From assembly GCA_951406725.2 (NCBI GenBank), contig OX597816.1, positions 80,600,001-80,664,000 of the forward strand: a DNA stretch of 64,000 bases, in the 5' to 3' direction. Below the pieces are notes generated by a model. The model did not search any database, was not told where the DNA came from, and saw only the letters and a list, made by a program, of their open reading frames with translations. This stretch comes from Octopus vulgaris (taxonomy: Eukaryota). The position numbers and the translations under genes are program-made. Below, piece by piece: positions 14,013-29,289 of the stretch (its first letter is position 1; the number at the start of each line of letters is the position of its first letter).

Positions 14013-14165
14013 GGTTATGTGGTTAGAAATTTGCTTCCCAACCACAACTGTTCGTGTTCAGTCCCGCTGCGTGCCACCTTGGGAAAGTGTCTTCTAGTAT
14101 AGCCCTGGGACAACCAAGTGAGTAATTTGGTTGACAGAGACTGAGAGAAACCTGCTGCATCTGTA
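14013..14165 (+). mobile_element. SINE family B 5' portion
   Basis: tRNA-like head followed by gccaccttgggaaagtgtcttctag. Confidence 0.75.
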
Positions 14166-14196
14166 GCGCACACATACAGCGACACACACACATTTG

Positions 14197-14314
<118 letters not shown>

Positions 14315-14499
14315 GGCACACCCATGTACATATACACACTCCTGCATAGCCTTGCTTTGGGTACTCAAATCCTGATGAATACGAAGGGGTGCCAACGTGA
14401 TATATAGTATGCCGCATCACTTTTATACCTGGAGGAATCTGTCCTCTCCACGCCTAACCGTATCCGATTTCTCCAGAAAATGTTATACTGTAACTGAGT

Positions 14500-15330
14500 G
14501 AATGTAATAAAGTGAGAGAAGTAGAGTCACCCACAGTACATGAGATGTATTATTATTTTGCCGAAAGGACCACCACAAAGTAATCTAGCAGTATACACAT
14601 CTCTAAACGCTCTTCATCATAAATGAAAAGACAATGTTTTTCGGTAATATGAAGGAGATGGTGATGGTATAATTATTAGGTATATGAAGTGAGATTGTGA
14701 AATATTTTATGAGTGGAATAAAGGAAAGAATATTGCCTAATATGGAGAGAGTGTTGATGATCTAACAATTAGTTAGTTGAAGTAAGAATATGGAATACCT
14801 CGCAAATGGAATAACATACATAATAATACCCGAAAAGGCACTAAAGACTCGCAGATTTTGGTTATAGGAGAGGAAAACATTCGGGTTGTAAAATTGATAG
14901 GACTTAAACTTTTTTTAACACGGTTTGTTATCTTTATTGATTGTTACGTGGCCTTTACAGAAGAAGGGGAGAGAGACCCCCCCCCCCCATAGTACAAAGA
15001 TTGCAGAAGTTATTACTGATTTCATTGTGTGAAGCGAATTAGGAAAGGTCCTCAATCACAATCTCTCACAATAAATTTAGTTCATTTCCCCCATCAATAG
15101 GCCATATAGTTGATATTTCAAAATGCAATGTCCGACTCTCATTTTAATAAGTTATTACACCTGCAGTTGCGCACCAGAGAGTTATAACGAACAGTAGGCA
15201 TTTTATCTAAGCCTTACTCAAGACCCCGATAAATGATAGTGGTTTTTGTGACCAATGATGACCACAGAGTATTGATGACCGTTTGGGAGAGGTGATGAAA
15301 CTGTCATTGTTCTTCATGCGAGAACGTTTA
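14500..15330 (+). mobile_element. Possible highly decayed Gypsy-like pol (RT/RNase H) remnant
   Basis: Faint motif echoes only (EYL..G, PD..F, F...DH..L); no open frame. Confidence 0.25.
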
Positions 15331-15927
15331 CGTATGTGTAAATGCGCACACGATTACATCTATGGGTGATTTTATTAATTGAATCTATTATTGACAGATC
15401 AGAAAAAAATGCATGCAGTTTGATTTTCTTCAATGGTGATATGCTTCCATATGTACATGCTTATACTTTGATAACGACTTAATTTAACTCATACATTTCA
15501 ACCGAAGAGAATTTCACCATATTTATGTGCTAGGGGTCACTTTAATATATATCACTTATAATATTCTCACATCAGAGAGTAGAAAGTAGTCGTGCAGTTT
15601 AAACGATATCTGTTTTGACGCCTTCATCATATACTCAAACGGTTGGGACAACTGTGAGAGTGGGTTAGTTGAATCGTTACAGTATCTGACAAAATATTTT
15701 GGAGTATTATTTACGATCTTTTAACTTCTTACATCAAACCTCGTGGAAGTCGACGTCAAACTTCCGTTCCTGCAAGATTGTTAAAATAAATAGCCCAGTA
15801 TTTGCAAACAAAGACAACTCATAGGTCTGATCGCACATGGCTGAACATCCCTGATCACCGAAAGAGCAAAAAGTTAATTTTACCTATCCAGTTAGGTGAC
15901 TCAATAAATGTGTGTGTGTACATATGC

Positions 15928-15964
<37 letters not shown>

Positions 15965-17409
15965 AGTATATAAATGTGCGCGTGTGTGTGTGTGTGTGCG
16001 TGCGGTCATGCATGTGTGTGTGTATGTGTGTGAACATCAGCACTTTTTTATATGAGAATGCGCAATATGCAGTGTGCAATATGGAAACTACATGATAATA
16101 ATAACACAAGTATGCATCTAATCTTCCATCGAGCTTCAAAATCCTTCTTTAGAAATATTTTACACACACACACACATATGCACACATGCAAACGCACACA
16201 CACAGATACACATACATTTTACAGCTCTCGCTTTCTCTCTCTCTCTCTCACGAATCACATCAACTATTAAAAGTTTCAAAATGTAGTCATAAATGCATAT
16301 TTTTCCAAGCCTGTACTTATGTAGTACGAGTATGTGTATATATATATATATATATGTAAAAGACACATGCACTATACTCGCGCATATAAGGATATACGTA
16401 TATGAGCGCAACACTCAGACACTCACACACATATGCACACATACATATACACACATATATACATATGCAAACATACAAATACATGCACACATATTTATAT
16501 ATACAAATATATATTGTTATTATTATTAATATTATCATTATTATTATTATTATCATTATTATTATTAGAGACTTTATAGATACTATATTTGATTTAATTC
16601 TTTTAAAATTTCTATTTCAAAGTTGAAATTTTAAAAAAATAAATGAAACAACAAATAAAGAAATCACGAAAAAAAAATTATAAAATGCATCAACGCCAAA
16701 CCCAAACCCAACCTCAACTAAATAGAAAGAATAATCATTAGAATAATGATTGAAAAGTTAAATCTGAAAACTGAAATCGGAATATTTAATTTCGTTTCTC
16801 TTCTACACCCATACATCCCACAGCTCTTCTGACCATAATAAAGATTTTCAATCAATAAAATCTGCCAGAATCATTGATTGTTATTGTTTGTTTTTTTTTA
16901 CACCATCCTAATTTCTTGACATTATATCGTGTGGGATTTTTTTCCGGTTTTTATTTCTGCTTGCTTGTCATTTCTTTGTTTGTTTGTTAGTTTTTCATTA
17001 ATTTGGTCCGTTTTATTTTATTTAATTTTATTAATACATTTTTTTATTCTATAGTTTCTTATTCCGGTTTGGTAATTAGAACTCTGTTGTTGATCTTTTG
17101 TTCGAAGATATCTGCCATCGTTAGCCTGGCAATGTTCAGCTTCAAAGAGAATCAATTAGATATCACTTGACTCGTAAAATAGAATGAAACGGGAAAACAA
17201 CAACAAAAAAAGAAGGAAAAATAAAGAAAAACAAAGGAAAGATTTTAAAAAAATAATCGCTAAGTCAGAACAGATGTAAACAAGTAGTGTTTCGTTTCGT
17301 TTCCTTTCGTTGTAATAACTAACACATTCCTTTGTAATTTATCTGTTCCACACTATTAAAGACAGCAGTATGTATTTGTGTATCTGCCTGTTTATATATT
17401 TAAATACAC

Positions 17410-17454
<45 letters not shown>

Positions 17455-18246
17455 CATACATACATACATACATACATACATACATACATACATACATACA
17501 TACATACATACATACACACAAGCATATGCACATGCGCCTGTGTGGATGGTTTTGTTTGCGTGCGTGTGTGTATATGTATAAAGAACGGCGCATGCTTTCA
17601 CAAGATAAACTTTACCGTTTTTGTAGATGCAATGCTATTTCCTGCGTTTACAAATGAGTATACAGAGATTAGAAGGTTGTGTATGGTTGTACTTATTGAT
17701 CTTTCCTGCTTGTAACAGATGCATTTAGGTTTTGAAACATTGGCATAAATACCACAGTCTTTTTCGCTTCCTCAAACTGATGAGAAAGATGGTAACTTCT
17801 GAGCTGGATTTGTATAGAGTATGGTAACTTCCTACTCTGCATTTGTTGATGTTCAATGGTTAAGGCAAATGGATTCTATTTAGAGTGAATCTGATTTCTT
17901 TAATTTTGTAAAGTTATGTGAAAGACACAAGTCGGTTGCATGTGACATAGCAAAGGCACAAGCGTAGTACTTTACATCACACCATCGTTGCCGAAGATGC
18001 TGGAAGACGTGTCAGATGAACCTATTTCTTGCGGAGCAACGTTATGGCAATTACTGCTTCTTGGGAAATACTGTATGTGGGACTTTGCTCCACTAAGTGT
18101 CGGTGGATGGAGACGAAAACTTTAGGGAAGTTTGCAAAAAACAAGAGTACATATAGGATTTTTAAACCTGATACTCTGAATGGTTCTTAATGATTATTAA
18201 TTTCTGCGCAAAAGGAGAGTAAAGTACAATATATTACATTTATAAC

Positions 18247-18288
<42 letters not shown>

Positions 18289-18344
18289 CTCACACACACG
18301 CAAACAAACAAACCCACGCATACATACATACATACATACATACA

Positions 18345-18376
<32 letters not shown>

Positions 18377-19431
18377 AAATTATAAGCACTGAAGCAGTGA
18401 GGCAGCGGGTGTTAAATTACCAACAGTCATTGGAGATCGCCTTCTATAAACTGATAATGCATTTCAAACTATTTAGATATCATCAGCATGGATACTATCT
18501 GAGGCAACCCTTAAATGGCTTTGCAAATCTTTGCACCCTCATAGAAAATGAATGCAAACTGATCGCCGACAGTCTCGAACAAAATTATACAGCACGGACG
18601 CGAAACAACACTGTGAATTTTAATATTATATAACGTTTAGAACGGTTCACATGTGTTCGAGTAATAACTGACAAGTAAAATGTCAATAATAATTGACAAA
18701 TTCCATGAGCTTCCTCCCCTCTGTAAACAATTTCATATTTAATTTTACTATCATTTTACTGTCGTTACATTATATCTAATTAAGAAATTTACAGGTTAAA
18801 TCAGGCTGAGAGTTCTTAAAATGGATGAAATATTACTTACTATACATGATTACCAGTAACTAATAATTGTAAAAGCTACTATAATAAAAATAAATACATC
18901 ATATATGTGTGTGTATCAGTGTGTGCTCGTGTCTGTGTCTGTGTGTGTGTGTGAACTCTCCTTATCCTTTCTATTGCTTGATTTCAATTCAAATTGCTAA
19001 TCCTGCCTCATATTGGCTCTCACCTCCTTTTGTATTAACAGCCATCGAGAGAGCGATACGCATACACACACATACGAACACACACACGAGCGCGCGCGTA
19101 TATATATATATATATATAAACGTAATTTGTATGATTAAACTTTATGATATACGTATGTTTCCATAATCCGGTCAGCTGTCTTACGGAAATGCACATATAC
19201 TATAAAGCTTCACATTGCAAAGTATGATTCTGCCTTTCTTATTACTATTTTATGTGTTTCAGACTTTGCATCTTAGATGATATGGTGATTGTTTTTCACA
19301 CCATGTGGAATATAAAAACTGACGGTATAGCTGATTACTAAACCCAAACTATCCGATAAGCTGTCGTACATTCCGGCATACTGTTAATTGTGAGTATATA
19401 TGCGCATATATGTACACACGCACACGCACAC

Positions 19432-19491
<60 letters not shown>

Positions 19492-19777
19492 CACTATACA
19501 TCATATGTAATGTGTGTGTATTCGTTATAATATATATCAAAGACACACTCATACGCGTACACACATACGCATGCGTACACGCACGATCTGTGACATTCTG
19601 CCAATTTTAGAAATCATTATAAATATATATTAGCGTGCAGAAGGCAAATGGAGAATATTGAATTGCCAAATTTAGTTACGTTCCTTCACTTTCTGCCTGT
19701 CTTTTCTTGTGTTGACAAAATGAAATCATTCGTTTAATCGAGTTTCCGATACATTTTGAGCAGTGTGTGTGTGTGTG

Positions 19778-19845
<68 letters not shown>

Positions 19846-20226
19846 AGAAATCAATATAAGGATATAAAACCTTTCGCAATCTATCAGATGCCAAAGGTCA
19901 TTATGCTGTCTTTAGGTCATACTGACATTGCTTCAAGTGTATGGTAGAAATCAAAGAAATTTATTTTAGTTTCATTCGTACATATAACCAAAGATGAATA
20001 AAAATGCAACAGCCTCCAGTAGAGATATTATTCTAAAAGAGGGAGCAGTCGGACGACTAGGACATTTGTAAACTCCTTAAACTTCACCAGTTCCGCGTAT
20101 CTTTTATGATATTTGTGGCGGTAAATAGTACCTGCCTATACAATGTACCTGCGTGCGTATGTGTGTGAATATATTTATAGGTATATAATCATATAGAAAT
20201 CTCTCTCTTCCTATCCATCTCTTTCA

Positions 20227-20288
<62 letters not shown>

Positions 20289-20309
20289 GAGAGAGAGAGA
20301 GAGAGAGAG

Positions 20310-20346
<37 letters not shown>

Positions 20347-20349
20347 TAT

Positions 20350-20709
20350 TAGGGTCGATACATTCGACTAAATATTATTGAAGGCGGTGCCCCAGCATGC
20401 ACCGCCTTGAACAATATTTAGTCAAATGTATCGACCCTAATACTCTTTTTTCAAAGCCTGGTACTTATTCTATCGGTATCTTTTGCCGAACCGCTAGGTT
20501 ATGGAAACGTAAACATACCAGCACTGGCTGTCAAGCGGCAGCGGGGTATAAACACAGACAAAGAATATATGTATACATATATATACGACGGTCTTGTTTC
20601 AGCTTCCATCTACCATATCTGCTCAAGAGGGTTTGATCGGCCCTAAGTTATAGTATAAGACACTTACCCAAGATACCACGCAGTTTCTTACCACACAACC
20701 ATGCCTACG

Positions 20710-20710
<1 letters not shown>
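20350..20710 (-). mobile_element. SINE family B, diverged, B-box region deleted
   Basis: Colinear with 25557-25942 apart from a deletion of about 40 nt in the head. Confidence 0.75.
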
Positions 20711-20781
<71 letters not shown>

Positions 20782-22397
20782 GAGAGAGAGAGAGTACATA
20801 AAAGAGATGTGACGTGAAAGAGTAGATTACAGCTGTTTCAAGATCTTACTGGATGGTGATTAAAACAGGGAAGTACAATTCAAATTATGAGTATATATCA
20901 ATATATACTGTACAAAACACTCAATCATTGAGTCACTGTGTAATTTCTGCCGATTAATATAACTACGTAAATCTAACCTAACCACAACCACCACGAACTG
21001 ACGTGGGGAAATAAAAGTGTGAAAAGTATTGTATCCGATGCACTAAGGAGTTTTGGCATATGGAGTTTATGTGTATATGGGGGTGGGGTACATATATATG
21101 CATATTTATATATATATATATCTACCATATCTACTCAAGAGGCTTTGATCGGCCCGAAGTTATAGTAGAAGACACTTGCCCAAGGTACCACGCAGTTTCT
21201 TACCACACAGCCACGCCTACGATTATATACACAAGCATACACACACACACACACATATATATACACACACAAACGTATTTATATACACATAAATGCACAT
21301 CTATATACACATTTACACTCATATAGAGTAGATTAATTTTAAAGATCTTGTTTGATACAATTTTCTGGAGCTCATTCTTCAAATTGTGTGTGTGTATGTG
21401 TGTGTGTGTGTAAATTTTAATAAACCCTGCATATAAATAACAACGATGATGATGATGACGACGACGACTACTACGACGAAGATAATGATGATAAAGATGC
21501 TATTTGATGGTGTATGGCAGAATATTTAAGAATATTGCCTCAGAGACACGAGTTCGCGTGTAAAGGTGGTCGATTTGGGTCGATTCAAGCATTTTGGGTG
21601 AGTAGGCAGAAAGTTTCTAAGTAAACCGTAGGATCAATTGTACCTATAATTTAAAAAATCAGGTTTTTATGTTCTTCCTTCAAATCCCTACGGTGTAAAC
21701 GTCCCTGGTTAGGAAATAATAAGGGCTTGTTTAATCATCATTTTGTTTACCTCTGCAATTGAGAAATTATAGTGATTGAAACACTCGTTTCAAAAAAATA
21801 TGAATTTCCTTCTTGTATAGAATAATCATTGTTACTAATAATATTACTGTATTTTGTTGATAACATTGATGCTATTTTCACCCCTGAGTTGTGCCATTTC
21901 AGCGGTCACTATATAATGTGCATAACACGGTAGCGTGTCGTTTGAGACAGACTGATTTGGCTAGTATTTCTAATAGGTTCAGAAACAACGTACAGCCCAC
22001 TCCACCGCTCATTTTGCATAATAGATGTATTTGAAAGTTGTTATGCAGTGATATGCAGTGACTAAGAGATATCGCACTTTACGCAATGGTAGACAGTATG
22101 AGCACTTACGAAATTATTTCACTCATATTGCCAGCTGTTTAGCTGCTTCCATCATTTAATTAATAAACCAGTTAGGCCAGCTGTATATACGCTGTGTGCT
22201 GCTTGTGATAACAGGATATGGTATGCTGGTTGTAGCGTTAATGGATAGTCTGGTTACTTCGATGGAAAATGTGACACTGTTTCACACAGATAAATAGATA
22301 TACATTTATTCGCTTTCATAAACACATATATGTATACCGAAATATATACGTAATACACAAATGAATGTACTTATATATGTGTATGGAATGTAAGTAT

Positions 22398-22464
<67 letters not shown>

Positions 22465-22615
22465 TATATGCATGCATATAAACAAATGTAGATTTACATA
22501 TGTATATATAGATATGGCTGTAATATATATTATATATATATATATGTATATATTTTCAATATTACACACACACACATACATACATACATAAATATTTATA
22601 TATATATTCAATATG

Positions 22616-22823
22616 TGACATCGTGAGTACCGCTGGCGATTTTTTTCCCTCTGTCTTCCCTTCTCAGGATCTTTCCTTCTCCTATGTTTCCGACGAAGAG
22701 TTCCGCTCGAAACGTTAAACCCTCCTTCTTCCCTTCTTTCCTGAGCGTCCAATAATACTTTATTTCCTCCACGTCCTCGCGTTGTTGTTTTTTTGGTTTT
22801 TTTGTGTTTTCCTGTTTGGATTA

Positions 22824-22828
<5 letters not shown>
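22616..22828 (+). mobile_element. Short non-coding element carrying a minimal hammerhead motif (Penelope pLTR/retrozyme-like)
   Basis: About 210 bp between TA-rich repeats; homologous copy on the minus strand at 39262-39446. Confidence 0.7.
22686..22720 (+). ncRNA. Minimal type I hammerhead ribozyme, variant core
   Basis: gttt-CCGACGA-a-GAGT tcc GCTC-GAAAC-GTT-aaac. Stem I gttt/aaac, 4-bp stem II, loopless AC/GT stem III, GUU triplet. Confidence 0.65.
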
Positions 22829-22861
<33 letters not shown>

Positions 22862-22874
22862 ATTACACACACAC

Positions 22875-22931
<57 letters not shown>

Positions 22932-23929
22932 TATGTGTGTGTGTGTGTGTATGTATATATACACACACACACATGCTTAAACACACACACATATGTGTGT
23001 ATGTGTGTGTGGGTGCGTGTATATGTACGTGTGTATAGACACACGTGTATTCTAAGTCCTGCGTCATTGAGGATAAACATTATATCTACACGTGTCTGCA
23101 CAAGCCCGGCCAGGATTTATATTACAGAAGACTGGCATTCGTCCATGCGAACAAACCTCCACCACCTCTCGACGCTACGCATGAAGAATGAGTGAAAAAC
23201 ATGCCTAGCAATCCGAATACTCAAAAGGATGAAAAGTGGGATTTGAACTTATATCCGTAGCTTTAACTTCTCTGCCATTGTATCTAATACATACACCCAC
23301 ATACATGTGTATGCATGTCTGTATGTACTTGCACACAAAATCATACGGAATATGTATAATTCGTAGCTTTGAAATCTTGACTAAAACACCTTGTTATCGA
23401 GATATAAAAACACAGGAAAAAAGAAAATAAAATACTCCTTAAATTTTCGAAACAGAAAAATAGTATTTATGTCACAATCAAAATTCAAATTATCAATGTT
23501 GCTGCAGGCATAAAGCTATTGTATTTTGTTTATAGAACTCTTTTTCATTCCTTTAATCATACTGGCAGTCAATTTTTCAATAATTCAGATACTCATTTCT
23601 TCTCATTTTTCTTTGACTGCAGCAAATAAAGATTCCTTTACCGCAGCTATAACGTAATGACTTCCTATATATTTCAATTTCGCTCAGGTAAAGTGAGTAC
23701 AAAAACCCAATTTTAAAAGACAGATTCCATTTTACAATCTCAGAGAAACTTTCTAAACTAATTTCTTTTCAATGAAACATTCTAAACCAATTTTTCAGAA
23801 TGTTCAACAGAATTCTCATATTGGTATATCGCCAATCTATGTTGAATAAACAGTTTTATATATAAGGAAGTTTGTATAAAATTTCTTTTTTGACAAACCG
23901 AATTGCAACTCTGTCATTACAGATAATGA

Positions 23930-24560
23930 GTTGTTCAGCACCTTGATTGAATTCTCAACTCAAAGATAAAATAAATATCAAAGATGGTTTGCCGCAGACA
24001 GAAACTGTAGGAACTATCACACACTCTCCTGAATCCTTCAGAATGTCAAAAACGTTTTCATTTCATTATCAGGTATATCGGGGGCACCTTTCTGCGTGGG
24101 GCAACGACGACTGAATTAGTCTTCCTTTGCTAAATGGTTCTACCTTCTGTCGCTTGTCAAATACAGTCAACTTGAGCTGGTTCAATCTGCCACGCATATC
24201 TTCGTGCTGGCTTTCTTCAATTGCCTAGGCTCCAGACCAATCTTCTGCAGAAAATAACGCAAATATTATCTTATCCGATGCAAACAGTTATCTCTGATTG
24301 GTTAACCTGTACCTCTTAGACACCTATATCGTCCATCATCAGGCAGGTGACATACTGATACGTCAGACACCTACTTCTGAGAATCCAGCTTTCTGCCACT
24401 AACGATTCGTTTTCTCATACATTTTCGGCACGCTAACATTCTTCTTGCAAGTAAATGCTAGTCTGCTTCATATGAATAAGCATTTTTTTCCCCTATTTTC
24501 TCAGCAACATGAAGCCGAGTTCGTTTTCAGTAACTAGTTTACCTTAATATTCCTTCGCAA
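23930..24560 (-). mobile_element. CR1/L2-group LINE 3' fragment, decayed
   Basis: Frame-broken echoes of ..WSP.., RL..L.L..L..RR and LF..L....R...FK..LD.Y in the expected order. Confidence 0.45.
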
Positions 24561-25508
24561 AGGCATTGGATAATTCTATGCATGGTGATTTGTGGGGTGA
24601 CAAACTTTTTAAGCCTCTTCAAATTGTCGCTTTACTGGAACTATGCAACTCTCGTTCGAACGTGGAAAACGAAATGAACAAAGGAAACGAGACGAAGTTT
24701 GCTAAATCTACATGCCCCCATTTGGGCACACTCATAAAAACAAACAAATATATAAATATATGTACAACATCAAGATTGTTTGGTGAGTAGGGACGCTTTT
24801 GGACACTCAAAAGGATGTTTAACTGACTATGACACGCAATGGCCGTTGAAATCTATCGCATTGATCTACTATGCACATTTGCATCAAATACTATTAATCA
24901 ATTCAGCTACGGAGGTGCGTCATTTACGTCCATCGGTTTATTCCATTTGATGAAAATTCTATAAATACAATATAATAGTGAGTAATTAAAAGTTGCACTG
25001 AGCTGTCGAAATCTCAATGAATGTTAAAACCAATCCAACTAAGCACATTTTTCTTGTATGAAAAGAAAACGAGTGTATTTAATTAAATTCAGTTAATATG
25101 TAGTGTTGGAGAAAAAATAAAGGGTTGTTTTGTAATAGATCAAGCTGTTAAAAAAAAAAAAGAAATACTGCTGACGGATCAGTAATATATTAATCATCAT
25201 TAATCCTGTTTAATAAAGTTTAATAAAGACTTTAATTTTAGTGGCTTTAAATGCTATATAAATACCAGGGAAAGGTGAAAAAACAATTTGAATGATGCTT
25301 AATTTTATGGTGAGATACTAGTAAAAAAAAGTGTATTTCATTAAGTCTAATTAATTTACACACGCAGGGTTCACTTAGATATAGCGATTTATTCGACAGT
25401 GCATCATAGCAGCCAAAAGAACAAGTCACTAAGCTGTATGTAGGCGTATGTATGTACATATTTACACTCATATATACAACTATACGTGAACACACACATA
25501 CACACACA

Positions 25509-25556
<48 letters not shown>

Positions 25557-25559
<3 letters not shown>

Positions 25560-25942
25560 TCTTTTACTTGTTTCAGTCATTTGACTGCGGCCATGCTGGA
25601 GCACCACCTTTAGTCGAGCAAATTGACCCCGGGACTTATTCTTTTTGTAATCCCAGTACTTATTCTATCGGTCTCTTTTTGCCGAACCGCTAATTGACGG
25701 GTACGTAAACACACTAGCATCGGTTGTCAAGCAATGCTAGGGGGACAAACACAGGCACACAAACACACACATATATATACGACAGGCTTCTTTCAGTTTC
25801 CGTCTACCAAATCCACTCACAAGGCATTGGTCGGCCCGGGGCTATAGCAGAAAACACTTGCCCAAGATGCCACGCAGTGGGACTGAACTCGGAACCATGT
25901 GGTTGGTTAGCAAGCTACTTACCACACAGCCACTCCTGCGCC
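25557..25942 (-). mobile_element. SINE family B, full length (tRNA-derived, CORE-like; resembles octopus OR-type SINEs)
   Basis: A-box-like tggctgtgtgg, B-box-like gagttcagtccc, then cttgggcaagt; several copies in the window; inserted in (TA)n. Confidence 0.9.
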
Positions 25943-27979
25943 TATATATATATATATATGGTCATTGAAGTATGAGTGTTCTTATGGGTATATGTAGATG
26001 TACACATATACATATGAATATATTTATATGAGTACAGGCACATATATCTCAATACATGTATTTATCTTGTCTGTATGTGTGTATTCACACACACATATGC
26101 GAATATAAATTAACAGACAGATAGAGAGGTGGATAGATGAGTTTGTGCGTGTAAGTATGGATATATATATATATATATATATATATACATTAAGATATTA
26201 CGTCAATTACAATCATGACTAACTCTTTCTACGCTTACATAGTTAATATTTTATAATATATAATAACACTATATAACACATAAACACACACATACACATA
26301 CATACGAAAACATAAACATACACACACCAAGTATGTAGCACACCACGCATATAGTCTTAACATTTATGCAGATCAGCGTTTATCGTCGCGTCAGATACAC
26401 ACACACGGACATATATATATATACATCTTTATACACATGCATATGAATATATTAATATATACATGCCCAACACTAGCCTGAATATGATGAACAAAGTTTA
26501 TATATATATATATATAAAATTTAGATAATCACATATATGTGCGTCTGTGGGTGTTATGTGTGAAAGCTTATACTATATAATTAGACATCAGTAATATTTA
26601 ACTATATTTTGTTGCTAGTATAGAATACGAGGATACCGCGATGAAAATTATGATCGGTGCTTTTAACAAGCCGCAATAAAGTTTAGTTCGAGATAATATT
26701 GCCAAATACTAAAGATGTATTGAGACTGATATCAACACATCAAAGAGCTCTACCAAACTTTGTTCAGTGAAACTGAAAAATGAAATTATACATATCTCAA
26801 ATGGCTTGCCTTCACAGAAGAACAATTTTCAAATATTTATACAATATTTATGATACTATAAATAAATTTATATTTACACATATTTGTTTGTCATACATGC
26901 ACGCACGCACGCACAGTATACACACTCACACACACATATATATAAATTATACATAATACACATATACACTGTCGCACATTAGCATATTTATACATACATG
27001 TGTGTGTGTGTGCTTATATGCTCATACAAACGCAGACACAGATACACACTCACATATATTAATATTTATAGAATGTAGTACTATTGATCCATTTTAGCCC
27101 AATGTATCAATAGGTTTCGCACACGAGTGTTAGAAGAACTCCTATTCCCGTATTTATCAGGTGGACTGGTAACAACGGTGTGGTGACGGCTACCTGCTAC
27201 TGACAGTTTTAATACCAGCCCTTCTGATTAGCGCGGGATCGGTTCTGACTTTAATTATCGTGTGAGAAACCGATCGGTAAAAATGGATTTATGGTATTTT
27301 ATGACATAAATATTAATACACCCATTCTAGAGACAAGCATATGCATGTACGTTCCGTCTTATGAATTCTTAGATGACATACGTGTATACTTAAATATATT
27401 TTTTATATATGAATATGCACAAATAAGAATGAAGACATCTAAAAATATGTGCCACTTACTTATTCAGTTTTAATTAATCTAGTTTTGACGAAGAGCACCT
27501 GAATGTTTCTCTCCCACTCATTTATTTTAATGGCTATTAGTGTTCTCTATCATGGACATCTTACAAAAGTTTCGACTACCTTTTTTCTTGTAATCCTACA
27601 AAAAGTTTACGATAAATCGCACCCTTAAGATCCATCTGGTTTATCTTCTGTACGTTCTAAGACCACAACACTACAACCAGCCTCTTGGTTGTCTGGGCAA
27701 CTAAGGGAAATCGCAGCCCCTTCCCAGGTCTATATTCATATCCTACTACTGAAACCTTTTTAGTAAACTGCTTGCTCACCTGGCTGTGTTCAACGGTTTA
27801 TATCCTCCCTCACAATTGTGTAGTGTGTGCATATGTGTGCATCTAAAATTTCCAATCATATTGCATACATCTATATATATATTATATATATATTCACATA
27901 TATGTATATTCACACACACACTCACATGCATACAAACACAAACACACACACGCACATATTCACACGCATATATATAAAT

Positions 27980-28982
27980 CTACATTTGTTGTCCGTCAAT
28001 GTTTCCTACCTTTTATGCTATAGGTACTTGATGGGGATATCTTTTCCTTGAATTGTATAGAAGTAGCCTTCGAAGTGGGATCTCATAAAACTGTCGGTAC
28101 TGCATGCCAACCTTTTGACAAGATCAATCCCTTATATGGTTTGCGATTTTCGTGCCAAGTACCTATGTTTTTTGTGAACTGATCAATATTTATTTTTATT
28201 TTGCTCTTCTGATAAATATATTTTACCTATGCTCTTCAGGGAGAGATCTGTATCAGCTCTTATTTCATACCTCTCTTCAAGTTCGTTAGCTACCCTAGTT
28301 ATGTTGCTGATTTCATGGTCACAAACTTGGGCAAGATAGTTACTGGTCTCTTTCCTCTGCTGCAGATATTGTTTCAGTGTCACAATACGTGGCTCTTATG
28401 ACATCAACACATACTTGAGACCACAGTCACCATCCTTGCTTAGGTCAACATCTCCATTAATGTTGAAGTTTCCTGTAACACTGAGCAGCCTTTGAATTCG
28501 AACGTCTATGTCACTGAATTCTTGTAGTAACAAATTCAGAAGGTCAAACGTAGGTGTGAGGACAAGCACTGCAAAGTTGTTGTGGGCAATATGCTTTTAG
28601 TAAGCTGAGAGTTCTGATGCCCATATCCTCTTTACTGTCCTGAGGCATTCATTCCTGATTCTCTGATAGATCTGACATTCTCATCTTGTCCAACATACAT
28701 ACAAATGTTACCTGACTGTGGAGGCTATATTATGAATCTCTACATTTTTAGATTTACAGTGGAGCGCACAACTTTACCACGTTTTATTATCAAAAATGCA
28801 CATTTGGCCTATCCAACTCAATTTTCTCCAAATTACTCCTAAGTGTTGTGACAAGTTTTGATGAGGTGTTCAGTTGCACTCATAGTTGTGGGACTCTGGC
28901 TATCTCTGAAACCTTGATATTCCATCCATGTCGTATACTATAAAAGCCTTCCAGTAGTCCAGCCACACTAAAGTTCAAGCAA
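27980..28982 (-). mobile_element. RLE-type non-LTR retrotransposon fragment (RT C-terminus to Zn knuckle) abutting (CATA)n
   Basis: IKRGKVV near the 5' end and SHFEGYFYTIQGKDIPIKYL...DNKCR at the 3' end. Confidence 0.65.
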
Positions 28983-29289
28983 GTATGTATGTATGTATGT
29001 ATGTATGTATGTATGTATGTATGTATGTATGTATGTATGTATGTATGTATGTATGTACGTACGTACGTCCGTACGTATGTATGTATGTATGCATGCATGT
29101 ATGTATGTGTTTAACGGCTTGGTCAACCACCGATTCAATAAACTTTTTACAGAGAAACATGAAGTCGCAGTTAAATCTACAAACTGTATTGAATCTCAAC
29201 AGCAGTAAACCTCATGTTGTTTCCTCTGATCTGAAACTGTTTGTGTCTTTCGTCCTCTATATTCATATCTGGGTTGCTTGCTAGTGTGG

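Noticed and set aside
17640-18140. Possible mariner remnant
   Set aside because: Motif echoes are too faint and there are no TIRs.
25557-25942. tRNA genes or a CRISPR-like repeat array
   Set aside because: The tRNA-like boxes are SINE heads, and there is no regular repeat-spacer array anywhere in the window.
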